DNA of 64,000 nucleotides. Source: Rhizophagus irregularis (lineage: Eukaryota). The first letter of the stretch is position 1. Each line of letters begins with the position of its first letter. The stretch is from positions 5,022,001-5,086,000 of the forward strand of contig NC_089430.1 of assembly GCF_026210795.1 (NCBI RefSeq), given 5' to 3'. This document shows, in pieces, positions 49,532-61,428 of the stretch. The notes below the pieces were generated by a model. The model saw nothing but the letters and a program-made list of their open reading frames with translations. It did not search any database and was not told the DNA's origin. Both the position numbers and the translations under genes were made by a program.

Positions 49532-49995
49532 GAAGTGTACATGATGCCAAAGTGTTTTATCGTTCTTCACTTTATCATGAAATTTTGTTGCATCCCGAAC
49601 AATGGGTTCCAGGTAGTTCTTACATTATTGCAGATGCAGCATATCCTCTCCGAACATATTTAATGAAAGCATTTCCTAATTATTATATGCTAAGTTCTTT
49701 CTTCAATGCAAATGGTTATTGAGTGGGCATTTGGACATTTAAAGGAACGATGGAGAATTTATTGAAAGAAATTTATTGTACAAATATAGAATGGATTGTT
49801 AAAATAATACATGCATGCTGTATTTTACATAATATTTGTATTGATATGGGAGATTTATTATCTTCAGAAAATGTTAATAGAGAAATGGATGATGATATAA
49901 ATGGTAATAATGAGTATGAAGCAGAAAATGAAGAAATGGAGGAGATGGCGGGTACTCAGAAGAGAGAATATTTAACAGATCTTATAATTAATTAA
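49532..49995 (+). pseudogene. Harbinger DDE transposase (HARBI1-like), C-terminal fragment with frameshifts
   Basis: GSVHDAKVF...YIIADAAYPLRTYLMKAFP...IEWAFGHLKERWR...IIHACCILHNICI, followed by an acidic tail. Confidence 0.85.
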
Positions 49996-50074
49996 TCATT
50001 ATTAAACCTTACAAAGCTTCATTAATTACAATAAAATTATTTGCATATATATTATTAACTGCTCATAATTAAAA

Positions 50075-51180
50075 TTTCGTTAGAAACATTTTAAATAGTT
50101 CCATTTGTTCATTGTGCTGCTTTTGTTGAACTTCAGAAGCATGAATATATTGTTCTTTCATAATTTCAGCAATAGTATCAGTCTGTTCTTTAATAAGAGT
50201 TCGAATCTCTTCTATATTTGTTTTTTTTTCTTAGAACATGCTTTTTTTTGTTGTCTAGAGTCATTCTATATGATATGAATAATGATTTGATTAGATGTTA
50301 AAAAAAAAATAAAAAATAAATATTAAAACGTCACTGACCTCTTTGACTTGTTCTTCAGCATTCTCTTGTTCTTTACGCTTAATCCCATAAATTGAGTCAC
50401 TTGTAATTGGTGCAACTATACTCAGATCTTTTCTTAAAAAGCTATCCGTGTCCTTAAAAAACTCCCAGTCATTTTGGATAGCTTCGCCACCAGTGCTTTC
50501 AATTTTATCCTTTATTTCACGGAATTTTTGGAGAAGTGCATCCCACTTCTGTTAAACTGATGTCTTTGTACGTTCTTTTAAAGCTGGACTTGCCATATCT
50601 GACTTTTGGATGTTAGTAATAATTTTATCCCAGATTCGGCCCTTTTCTCTTGGATCTTTGACTTGTTGCAATGCTTGCCATTGCATTCTTACTTCTTCAA
50701 TAAGCATTTGAGTTTCTGATGTTGTCCATCTGTTTGTTGATTTAGGTGTATTGAAGTTAATAAATGTAGAAGTTGATTGGATAGGACTTTGATTATTTAT
50801 GGCTACAGAATTAAAAGGTGATTGATTTTCTTGATTATGAGTTACATGATGAGTAATAAGAGAAGGTTGAGAAGGTTGCAAGGTTATCTATAAAAAGAAT
50901 TTCAAGTTTATTATATTTCATATTGTATAATAATAAAAGAATAAATATTTACCAGATATCTTGTTGTATCATTTAAAGGGTCCATATATACTGGATATCT
51001 TACTTCATTTGGCGTCAAAGGATCTATATATTTATTGTTTCATTTTCAGCAAAAGGTCGTGTAGTGGAATTTTGATGTTGTTGTAAGGATAAATTATTCG
51101 TTAGGCTGTTAAAAGGAGAGAAATGAGTGGTTGGAACGAAATTTTTAAAAGTTGTTTTAGTTCTCTTTTTTGGATGCGTA
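50075..51180 (-). pseudogene. Harbinger-associated Myb/SANT (trihelix)-like DNA-binding protein with a premature stop
   Basis: RWTTSETQMLIEEV...RIWDKI...RTKTSV*QKWDALLQKFREIK...WEFF. In-frame TAA at 50554-50552. The apparent start codon reads ACG. Confidence 0.8.
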
Positions 51181-52744
51181 ATAAAACTCGATAAAAAAAG
51201 TAAGAGAGTGAAAGAGATTGTTCAAGTGTCGATCACCATGTTTATTCCAATTTATTTCAATTGACCGTGATATTTGAGCATCACTTCAATCACTGGCCAA
51301 TCACATTGAGGGAGGCGCTTGAGAACGGCCATAGTTAACAATATCTACATTAAATTTTGCCATATTCGGAAAGAAAATCTCCTTTCACATAAAAATTGGA
51401 GTATAGTAGTACCATTGAAGCCCTAATTTCTATCGTACGATTATAACATTCCCTAATCTCTGAAATCTAAATGATACTTTTAGTTCGGTTAATTTCTGAC
51501 TATGTGTAATTTTTAATCGAATAAGTAACTTAATTTTAAAAAAATTAAAAAAATTCAATAATCCAAATTCAAATTTATCATCTCGAGTGAAACAATAAAA
51601 AAGTTTTTTATAAATTTTCGTTTTTTGTTTCCTATTTTGTTGTCATTACCTAATATGGTATAGTAATTTAGTTTCATAAAAAAAGGTTTTAGAAATGTAT
51701 ATCAATTTTAACTGTTAAGGTAAAGTTTTTACTATAAATCAGACTAAATGATATACTGGGTTATACAAAGGATACAAGGGGCAAATTAAATACTGAAGAA
51801 CAATATTTTACAATGAATTTTTGTAATCTTTTTAATCGACCTGAATTTTAATCGAAACAAAGCATCTTTTCCTTTTTTAAAAACAACAAAGTACCTTAAA
51901 GATAATTCTAATTCGTTGCAAGGTTTAATACCAATTTAACGGCCAAAAATTATTTTTTTTAAAAAAAAAAATGTATGTATTCATTTTTTTACTTCCCTTT
52001 TTTTGAACGAATTTTTCAGAAAAAACAAACCAATATTTGTAGAGAAATTTTTAATGCTACTATGATAAAATGCAAGAAATAAAGAATTCGTGAATTACTT
52101 GCAAAAAAGAAAAAATTAAAGGGATGGTATGATTGTTTTAAAGTCGTTAAATTAAAGAGTATGAGAAAAGCCTCATGAGATCATAAAAAATTTATATCAC
52201 GTGCTTCATGTCCAAATCACATGTCAAGTAGCATTTTTTCCTGTGTAGTAAAATTATAATGCCTGGTTATCTTTCATTTGATCAACATGTCCTTAACGAG
52301 TTTACCAACTTTACTAATAATGAGTGAATATTTTTTATTAGGTTCTTAAATCTTTTATAGAATTTTACAAAAAGAAGCATAGATATTCCTTGAGTATTTT
52401 GACTTAATAGAAAAATGTGAATATGAATAAATAGTAATATTAAGTTGAGCAAATTATTCACTAATTATCTTTGTTTATTATAAAAATCTAAGTATAGCTT
52501 TTTTTTTTTTGGTAATGAAATCATTTATTAATAAACAACAAATAATAGAGGTATGAGACTGCTTTCTGTATTTACATGTATGTGATCAATTTATCTAAAT
52601 ATTCTATAAGCCAGGAATGATATTATCTTGATGTATTAACACTATATAAATTCACTAATAATTCAATTTATGGTCGCAGTGTCGCTGCTTTGTCCCCAAG
52701 AAACTGGCTCAAATAACAATGAAAGTAGATGCACAATCAATTGA

Positions 52745-52855
52745 GTACTTTAATGTTAAACCTTGGCCTAAGTCCTTTACAAATTTTCATTGCTAAATGT
52801 ATATATATCATGACCTACATCATAATATAGAGGTAATCCAGAAATTACTTCATAG
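52745..52855 (-). pseudogene. Isolated kinase C-lobe fragment
   Basis: YEVISGLPLYYDVGHD..LAMKICKGLRPRFNIKV, near-identical in DNA to 55060-55160. Confidence 0.7.
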
Positions 52856-53333
52856 TTCATATGTCATTATTTATTAAAAATAAATTTATAATGCTAGTAA
52901 TTTGTTTATAAGATTAATTAAAGAGCTTGTAACTATAAAATATATAGATATCCAAATTCAAAATATAGTAATGTGATCTGTGATTGATTGACTTTGATAG
53001 AATACCGTGTGAAATACTATTTTGTGTATATCAATTACATATTATTATTTTTTTTTACAGGAAGAAAGTTTTATTGAAAAAGGAATTTTTTAAAGTAGAT
53101 CGAAGAAAAAGTAACTTAATGATGTCATTCCAAATTTTCTTTAAATTTTACCCTTTACAAATTCATTATCAATTTGAAAAATTTGGAAACATTTTTCCTT
53201 CAACCCTATAAAATTTTTTCTGAATATTTCCATTATTTCTCCGTAGCTTTCGTAAAAATTCCGTGAAAATAATATATTCATGGATATTCGTGTTAGAGAG
53301 ATGAAAATTTCCATAATTTAAGACTATAAATTC

Positions 53334-53530
53334 AGGACCCTGAAATATACATAAAAAGATTAATCAGCAAAAAAAAATCATGAAAATCCTTCCTTATAAG
53401 ATAATTCCTGGTGGAAAGGTATTATCTTTTTTGGATGCTGACCGAAATTGTCATAATTCTGGCAGTATTCCGGCCCTGAAAAAATTTTTTTGCCCGCCAC
53501 CTTACATCTGTATATACATTTCGGGGTCCT
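53334..53530. mobile_element. MITE, same family as 43589-43793
   Basis: TIR AGGACCCTGAAATATACATA / TATATACATTTCGGGGTCCT. Internal TTCCGGCCCTGAAAAAA. Flanks share ATAAAT. Confidence 0.75.
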
Positions 53531-54442
53531 ATAAATAATATAAAACACAGATCAACATTTTTACAGGGCAAGTCTTATTTCATGTTATTTTTAGTATTTT
53601 TTACAAATAATTTTGTTTTTTTTTCCTATAAACAATTTAGCTGAATTTAAAACCAGTAAAATAATTAAATAAAAATTATTTTATGACCAAACTTCAAGAT
53701 GAAATTTTAACAAATGAAAAATTCACTGTTATTTCATAAGTAGATTCTACTTTGAGAATTTTTTTTTAAAAAAAAAAGATTACCATATGAAATAACAAAT
53801 GACAAAAAATCATTTATTTCTTTTATACTTTAGAATCTAAAGAAATTTTTATTAGGGAGCGAGTAATATAACTATAGATTTCGCAAAAGGAAAGTAATTA
53901 AGATTGAGAATTTTAAGATATATTAATAATGTAAGATTTTAGATTACATTAAATCAAAAAGTATTGCATATGAAAGTTGTTCATTAATATAACAAAAATA
54001 AAAACAATATTTTTAGGCAAGAATCGTGGCTTCACAACTACTTCATTTTACATTAATTCTTAGTTGGTTCGAAGTTAAAATCGGATCAAAATTATTAATC
54101 TCACGTTCATTATTTTATTTATTTAGTTTAAGAATTTGTTTTTATTTAGTAAACAAAATAAACCAGTAAATAAAATAATAAAACAAGTATATTATATTTA
54201 AATTATATTCACAAATAGACTGCCACTTTTTCTTAGAATTTGAAAATCTTTACGCTTTGATTTTGAGAAAAGTTAATGCTAAACAGAATAAATAACAGAA
54301 AAAATATTTAAATCAAGAATACAAAATTAAATAATTTGAACTAAATGTCGAATTGAAATAACTTAATAATAGTTATTTTTACTTCTAAAGGTTCATTAAT
54401 TATCTATCGGATAATAAGATAGTTCAGGAAAATGCTACTAGA

Positions 54443-57400
54443 TTAAGATTTTGAGTCATGGTCTTCAATATTAATTTGTATAGATCCTATGTAATAGAAT
54501 AAATTTGTTAGTAATTTTTTATATGTTTTGAATGTCTTTTATAAGTGACAAATTAATTATACCTGAGTATTCTGAATAATCATCGCTTGTTATACTATCA
54601 CTATTTTTCAATTGAGAAATATCAATTTGTAAGGATTCTATTCATAGAGTTAAATTTTATTAATACATTCTTTTCAAAATTAACTTAAATAATTACTTAT
54701 TTTCTATATTTTCTATTAAACAATACCTGTAAATTCCATGCTAACTATATCATCATTTTGTTCGTAATAGTCATCTGAATTTTTTGGTTCGGGAAGATTA
54801 CTATTACAATTAAGCAATCCACTTGTATAGATAGCTTCTGAACGTGTATTACATGATAATCCTAAACTGGTTGACTTAATTGATAAATTTTTATTTGTTC
54901 CTTCTGATTCTTCAATTTGTTTTTGTAATTCTGTAATTTGATAATCACTTCGTTTATCATGCCATTCACGTATAATTTTATAGATTTCATTTGCTGTTGG
55001 TCGATTTAATGGATTTGCATCCAAACATCTTTTAATTAAATGCACAATCAATTGAGGAACTTTAATGTTAAACCTTGGCCTAAGTCCTTTACAAATCCTT
55101 ATTGCTAAATTATTGTGGTTCATGTCATGATATGGAGGTAATCCAGAAATTACTTCATACATAATTATACCAAAACTGTAAATATCAGCAGCTTTGGTAC
55201 AATTTTGTCCTCGTAATATTTCAGGAGCCATATAAGGTAAAATACCATATGCACTCTCTTTTGAATTCTCTGATGCATTGTAATCTGCAGATTTACATAA
55301 TCCCATATCGGTTATATAAATACGTGTATTGTTATCATAAAGAATGTTGCCAACATGCAAGTCTCGGTGAATTAAATTATTTTTATGAAGAAGATTAAGT
55401 GCGTATGCGATAATCCATAAACAATTAAGCCTATCATACCAATTTAATTTATCATGACTTGTGTTTAAAAAATCTCGTAAACTTCCATTTTCTACATAAT
55501 TCAATACCATCATATAATTTTTTGTTATCGGATCTTGAGTTATTCCATAAAATTTAATAACAGCATGTAGAAGATCATTCACTTTATAATGCCAAGTGAT
55601 CTATAATTAAATAAATATAAATGAAATGCATTGAATTTGTAAAATTTTTTTAAATATAAATTAATCATACCTCGTTCATAAATTCTAATGTAACATTTTT
55701 TGAATTATCTAAACTTTTCAAAGCTACAAATTTATTTTGATCTTGTCTACTCCATTTACATTTTTCATAATCCCAATGCTGCATATATCCATCATACCAA
55801 TTTGCTCTATAAATTTTGCCAAAACCTCCTTTTGCAATATATTTAATATTATAAAATCTATTATAAGGTATCCATTCTAATGCTTTTGATACTTCATAGT
55901 CAGAATGTATTGATAACTGAATATTTTGAATAAATTTATCAATATCATCATTACTACTAGTCCAATTTACAAAGTTTTGATGAAAATGCATTGCAAGGCA
56001 TGTACAGTTGCATTTTTTACATATACTACTTAAAACTAACATATAATTCTTGGTTTCTGGATCTTGGGTTATCCCATAAACTCTATCATGTATCGTAATC
56101 TACAAATGCAATAATTCACTAAATATTGATATTTTCCAATAATATGGTAATAATAATTTACCTTACCTTATTCTTAAATTCTGATGTGATATCATTTGGA
56201 TTGTCTAAAGTTTTCAGGCTTACAAACATATTTTGACCTCCCCTTTTCCAATTATCATCCCAACTTACTATATATCCATCGATCCAATTGGCTTGATATA
56301 TTTTGCTATTCTCATCCTCTGCAAGATATTCAACATTACAAAGCTTATCATAATGTATCCATTCTAATACCTTTGATAATTGGTCAGAATGTGCAGATAG
56401 CTGAGTGTGTTGTATATGAATATTAATATTATCATTACCACTAGTCCAATTTTCAAAATTTCGTTGAAAATGCATTGCAAAACATATACAATTACATTTT
56501 TCACATATTTCATTACAAACAAACATATAATTCTTGGTTTCTGGATCTTGAGTTATTCCATAGAATGTTTGGTATATCATTACCTTACAATGATAAATTG
56601 TTAAAATATATTTTTCAAAAATATTATTATATAACAAATTAACATACCTTATTCGCAAATTCTGATGCAATATTATTTGGATTATTTAACATTTTCAGAA
56701 TTATAAACATGTTTTCACCTTTTCTTCCTATTTTGTGATCTTCACTATCCCAATAACTTATATATCCATCAATCCAATTAGCTAGATATACTTTGCCAAA
56801 CTCATCATCTGTAAAATATTTAATACCACAAAATCTATCATAAGGTATCCATTCTAATGCTTTTGATACTTTATAGTCAGAATGTATTGATAGCTGAGTA
56901 TCTTGAATAAATTTATCAATATTATTATTACCACTAGTCCAACTTTCAAAATTATGATGAAAATGTGTTGCAAGGCATGAACTGTTGCATTTTTCACATA
57001 TTTCATTACAAACTACCATATAAATTTTTGCTTCTGGATCTTGAGTTATTCCATAAACCTTATGATTAATTGCAATCTATAAATAAAATGCATTAATGAA
57101 ACTGATATTTTAAATTTTTTATCAATTAAATAAACTTAATATACCTCATTTATAGTAAATTCTGGTGTAATATCATTTAGATTATCTAAATTTTTCAGAA
57201 CCACAAACATATTTTGTCCTTTTCTTTCCCAATTATTAAAATCCCAATGCAATATATATCCATCAATCCAATTTGCTCCATACATATTTCCAAAATTGCT
57301 ACTTGCAATATATTTAATATCATTAAGTCTATCATATGGTATCCATTCTAATGCCTTGTAATCATAACAATTTGATAGCTGAGTATCTTGTATAAATTTA

Positions 57401-58450
57401 TCAATATGATTATTACCACTAGTCCAATTTTCAAAATTATGCCGAAAATGTATGGTGTTACATACATGACTACATTTTTTACATGCTAAAACTACCATGT
57501 AATTTTTTGTTTCCAGATCTAGAGTTATTCCATAAAATTTATGATGCATCGTAATCTACAATATATATAAATGTTAAAAATTAAATTTTTTTTATAGTTT
57601 CATTGATAATAAGTTACATTACCTTATCCACAAATTCTGATGTAATAGCATCTGGATTATTTAAACTTTTCAGAATTACAAACATGTTATTATTATATCT
57701 TTTACAATTGCTATTATCCCAATATGATATATATCCATCAGTCCAATTGGCTAGATACACTTTGCCAAGCTCATCTTCCATAAAATATTTAATATCATAA
57801 AATCTATCATAAGGTATCCATTCTAGTGCCTTCTTTACGATATAAACAGTATGATCTGATAACTGAGTATTTTGAATAAATTTGTCAATATTATTATTAC
57901 CACTAGTCCAATTTTCAAAATTTCGTTGAAAATGTATTGCAAAACATATACTGTTGCATTTACTACATTTTTCATTACAAACAACCATATAATTCTTTGT
58001 TTCTGGATCTTGAGTTATTCCATAAACTTTATGGAGTACTGTAATCTACAAATATAATTAACAAAATAAATACATTAATAAAATCTAATTATTACAAATT
58101 TAGTAAGTTTATTTCACCTCTTTTAATTCTAGTGCAATATTATTTGGGCTATTTAACCTTTTTAGAATCACGAACATATTTTGATCTTTTCTTCTCCAAC
58201 TCAAATTTTTATCATCCCATTTATCGATAGGTCCTTCATTCCAATTCGTTCTACTGAACTTGTCTTTTATAATATAAAATCTATCATAAGGTATCCATTC
58301 TAATGCTTTTGATACTTCATAGTCAGAATGTATTGATAGCTGAGTATCTTGAATAAATTTATCAATATCATTATTACCACTAGTCCAATTTTTAAAATTT
58401 TGTTGAAAATATTTTGCGTTACACACACATTTACATTTGTTGCATTCCAT
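54443..58450 (-). CDS. TKL-group protein kinase with 5 degenerate N-lobe modules followed by a complete kinase
   Basis: Module ORFs/exons at 58109-58450, 57614-57988, 57136-57549, 56639-57019 and 56158-56670. Intact N-lobe at 55665-56042 (KGGFGKI, VALK, EFMNE). Kinase 54716-55582 has HRDLHVGN, DMG and APE. Tail exons ESLQIDISQL and GSIQINIEDHDSKS end in TAA at 54445-54443. Confidence 0.87.
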
Positions 58451-59058
58451 ATTTAATTCTTTATTGGTATCAATAGTACGTAATGAATTATTTGACAGTC
58501 AAGGCTTGTTTAAATTATAATGAATTCAAGTTAGTAGAAAACGAAATTTAAAAAAAAAATTTACAAAGAACTTGCCACATAAGTTATAAGTGTAATTTTG
58601 CGATTACATCATAATTTCGTCATATTTTGCTGATATTCCTGTATAAGTTAACATCAATCATGAATCGGTGTCGATCGACATTTATTTAAAAATCAAGTTT
58701 ATAGTGTTGGTATTTTATTATATGATATTTCAAAATGCTAAAATAATATGATTTTATATGAAAAAATATTTGTTACATTACATAATTGTATCAAAAATTC
58801 TTTTTTTTTTATGGAATTATTGAAGTTTATATAATTAAGTAATCTTAAATTTTTTAAATTTTCCAAATGACTATTATCTAATTCATATTTTGGGTCACTA
58901 AGTTTTTTGATTACACTAAAATTACATTTATTTGAGTATTTATTAATACCTTATAGAAAATTTCTTAAATATACACGGGTGATTCGAAAACATATCACGT
59001 GACCTTATAACAAAATTAATAAATATTGTAACTGATCAGCGTAAAAAATACCTATTTT

Positions 59059-59178
59059 GGTGTCGTCTAAAGCGGAATAGTTTAGAGCAGTATTACGGCA
59101 TTACGAAATTACAAATTTGACAAATGTGAAAATATTTTTACTATGATCACGTGACACTAATCCGCTTTAGACATCCCC
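59059..59178. mobile_element. Very small MITE-like inverted repeat
   Basis: GTCTAAAGCGGA / TCCGCTTTAGAC inverted pair about 120 bp apart, with GG...CC ends. Confidence 0.5.
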
Positions 59179-59339
59179 TTTTTTGGAATAGAAAAAAACT
59201 CTCTCCCCTTTCCGTTTTTTTTGTTAGAAACCGCAGTAAACACAAATTTTCCCAAGAAATACTTCTTTACTAGAGGAAAGAGGACCACTTGGTGGCCTCT
59301 ACGGAAAGGCTTCCTCTTTAACTATTAATTTTTAGACCT

Positions 59340-59780
59340 TTGAGAGAAATGAGGACGAACTTTATTAACGCTCCTCTGAAATTTGTGCCAAACAGCTCAG
59401 CTTTTTCTTCTTTTTACTACAAAAAACCTTTACAAAATGTTAGAAAAACCTTCCTTATCTCGTTTAACAAACTTCATGTGACCAAACCTAATCGGGCTGG
59501 TTACAAGAAGATATACGAAATCCGCAGATCCAAAAGTTTCTTTTTTGAGCTTGCCGATCGGAATAGTTGCACCAATGATATTCATCTAAAGATTCCCCAA
59601 CAAGTGAGCACAATGTTGACCCATTTTTTTTCACATCAACAACGTGATACCGACGTATTCAGCAAAAATATTTCCAACTTATTCGTAACAAATTGTTGGA
59701 TAGAATTGATATTACCTTGTCACGAATGTCACGTGGTTCAGAACTACGTCAGCGAAATAAAGGGGTCGACTGTATATAGA
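59340..59780 (+). other. GC-richer intronless ORF remnant, probably transposable-element-derived
   Basis: Basic ORF (KPLQNVRKTF...RAGYKKIYEIRRSKSFFFEL) that loses coding character after about 59680. It is preceded by a pyrimidine tract and a GAGGACCAC-TTG-GTGGCCTC-like hairpin. Confidence 0.3.
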
Positions 59781-60922
59781 TTTTTTTTTAAAAAAAATTT
59801 ATTTATTTATTTAATTACGAAAAAAATAAAAAGCAACTAAAAAAAATTTTTAAGATAAATAGAGTTTTGTGAATTAGTTAATTAGATGCTCACAAAATTT
59901 AAAAGAGATATAAACTACCTAATAACATATTGATAAGAGATGCTTTTATGTCTCAAAATGTAAGAATAAAATTTTAAATGATTAGAGTTTTCATTTATGC
60001 TTAAAACAAAAAGTTCAATACAGAAAAACATTTAAAATTAGTAATGTTATTAGCCACAAATTTGGACATAGTATGATGGTAATGCAAGTCTGAAGGTACC
60101 ATCTTTTTACTTTTCATATAGGATCTTATTTCTCAACAATAGATTCCTTTTTAGTGAACTTACATTTTGGTAAGAAATTGGTTAATCCTAATGGTTCATT
60201 TTGACGTCATGATAATCATTCTCAATCACATGTTGCAAGTTTCATTGGTCGGGCGATAATCGAATTTTATCGCTGCGCCATTACTAACGATAACGGTTTT
60301 CAAATTCAAAAATTTTCTTATAAAAGTTATAAAAGTATATATTTTACGATTAAAAACAAATTCATGAAAATTACTAAAATTGTTTCAAAATCTTTTTATG
60401 CAATCAATAAAACTTTGTGCTCACATTGAGCCAATAAAAAATATGTTTTGATCGAACCTTTAAATTGACATGAATATATAACGTAAAAATTTATATATCA
60501 TTTGTGAAAAGCAAAATTAGGCTTGTTAGAACAGTATTCATAAACATACCATAAATTAGAAAATATGTTTTATTAGCTATAATTGCTAATTTTTTTTAAA
60601 AAAAGAATTTAAATTTATATATATCAGAAATAAGAAATGTAGAAATAAAAAAATATTTGCAGAGGAAAAAAAAACCTTTGCACTGAGGGCTTATGCCTGA
60701 TGTCATAATTATTAATCACGCTGGTCTGCTGAGCGATGGAATAGCGTGTAAATCTTTTTTTTCTTGGCGATCTCTATGTTACTTGATTTATATGTATTTA
60801 TTGTTTTAGTTGTTTTCATCATTTAATTTATTTTAAAAAATATATTTAGACCAAAGTATTAAAAGGGCGGGAAAATTACCTGAAAACGAAATTATGATAA
60901 ATAACTTTTTATTATTTATACA

Positions 60923-61428
60923 CAGTGAAATTCGATAAACCGGATCTTCGATAAACCGGATTTGGGCCTAAACCGGACTTTTTTGCTGGAACCAAATCAC
61001 GTATATTAAAATAGTTTCGATATACCGGAGTTTACTAGTAAAAGCTTGATATTCGCTATAACAGATCAATTTTCCAACCAGCTATAGTAAAAATGATTCG
61101 ATAAACCGGATCACGTGATAATTAACCAATAAAATTTAAGAAACGTGATGCGGTAAATCTTAATTTTGGCCGGAATTATAAAAACATTAATTCCGGCCGA
61201 AGTTATATATTACTTAAAAACATTTTATATTCATTTTCATGGCCTCTGTGACTTAAAACTAGGTTGAAAAATTAAATTAGTGTACATTAGTTTTATTAGC
61301 ATGAATTTTTTTAAAAAAATTCAGTATAATAGATTTTCAATGTATCGAGATTTGTTCGCTATACCGGATATCCCGATAAACCGGATATTTTTAGTGGAAC
61401 CGACATCCGGTTTATCGAATTTCACTGT
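60923..61428. mobile_element. Tc1/mariner/pogo-like MITE, about 505 bp
   Basis: CAGTGAAATTCGATAAACCGGAT / ATCCGGTTTATCGAATTTCACTG. Subterminal CGATAAACCGGA repeats at about 60933, 60949, 61099 and 61374. Confidence 0.85.

Larger units (their letters stand above)
49045..51330. mobile_element. Decayed PIF/Harbinger DNA transposon
   Basis: 26-bp TIR GGCCGTTCTCAAGCGCCTTCCTCAAT / ATTGAGGGAGGCGCTTGAGAACGGCC and 3-bp TSD ATA. Convergent DDE-transposase and Myb/SANT-like ORFs. Confidence 0.92.
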
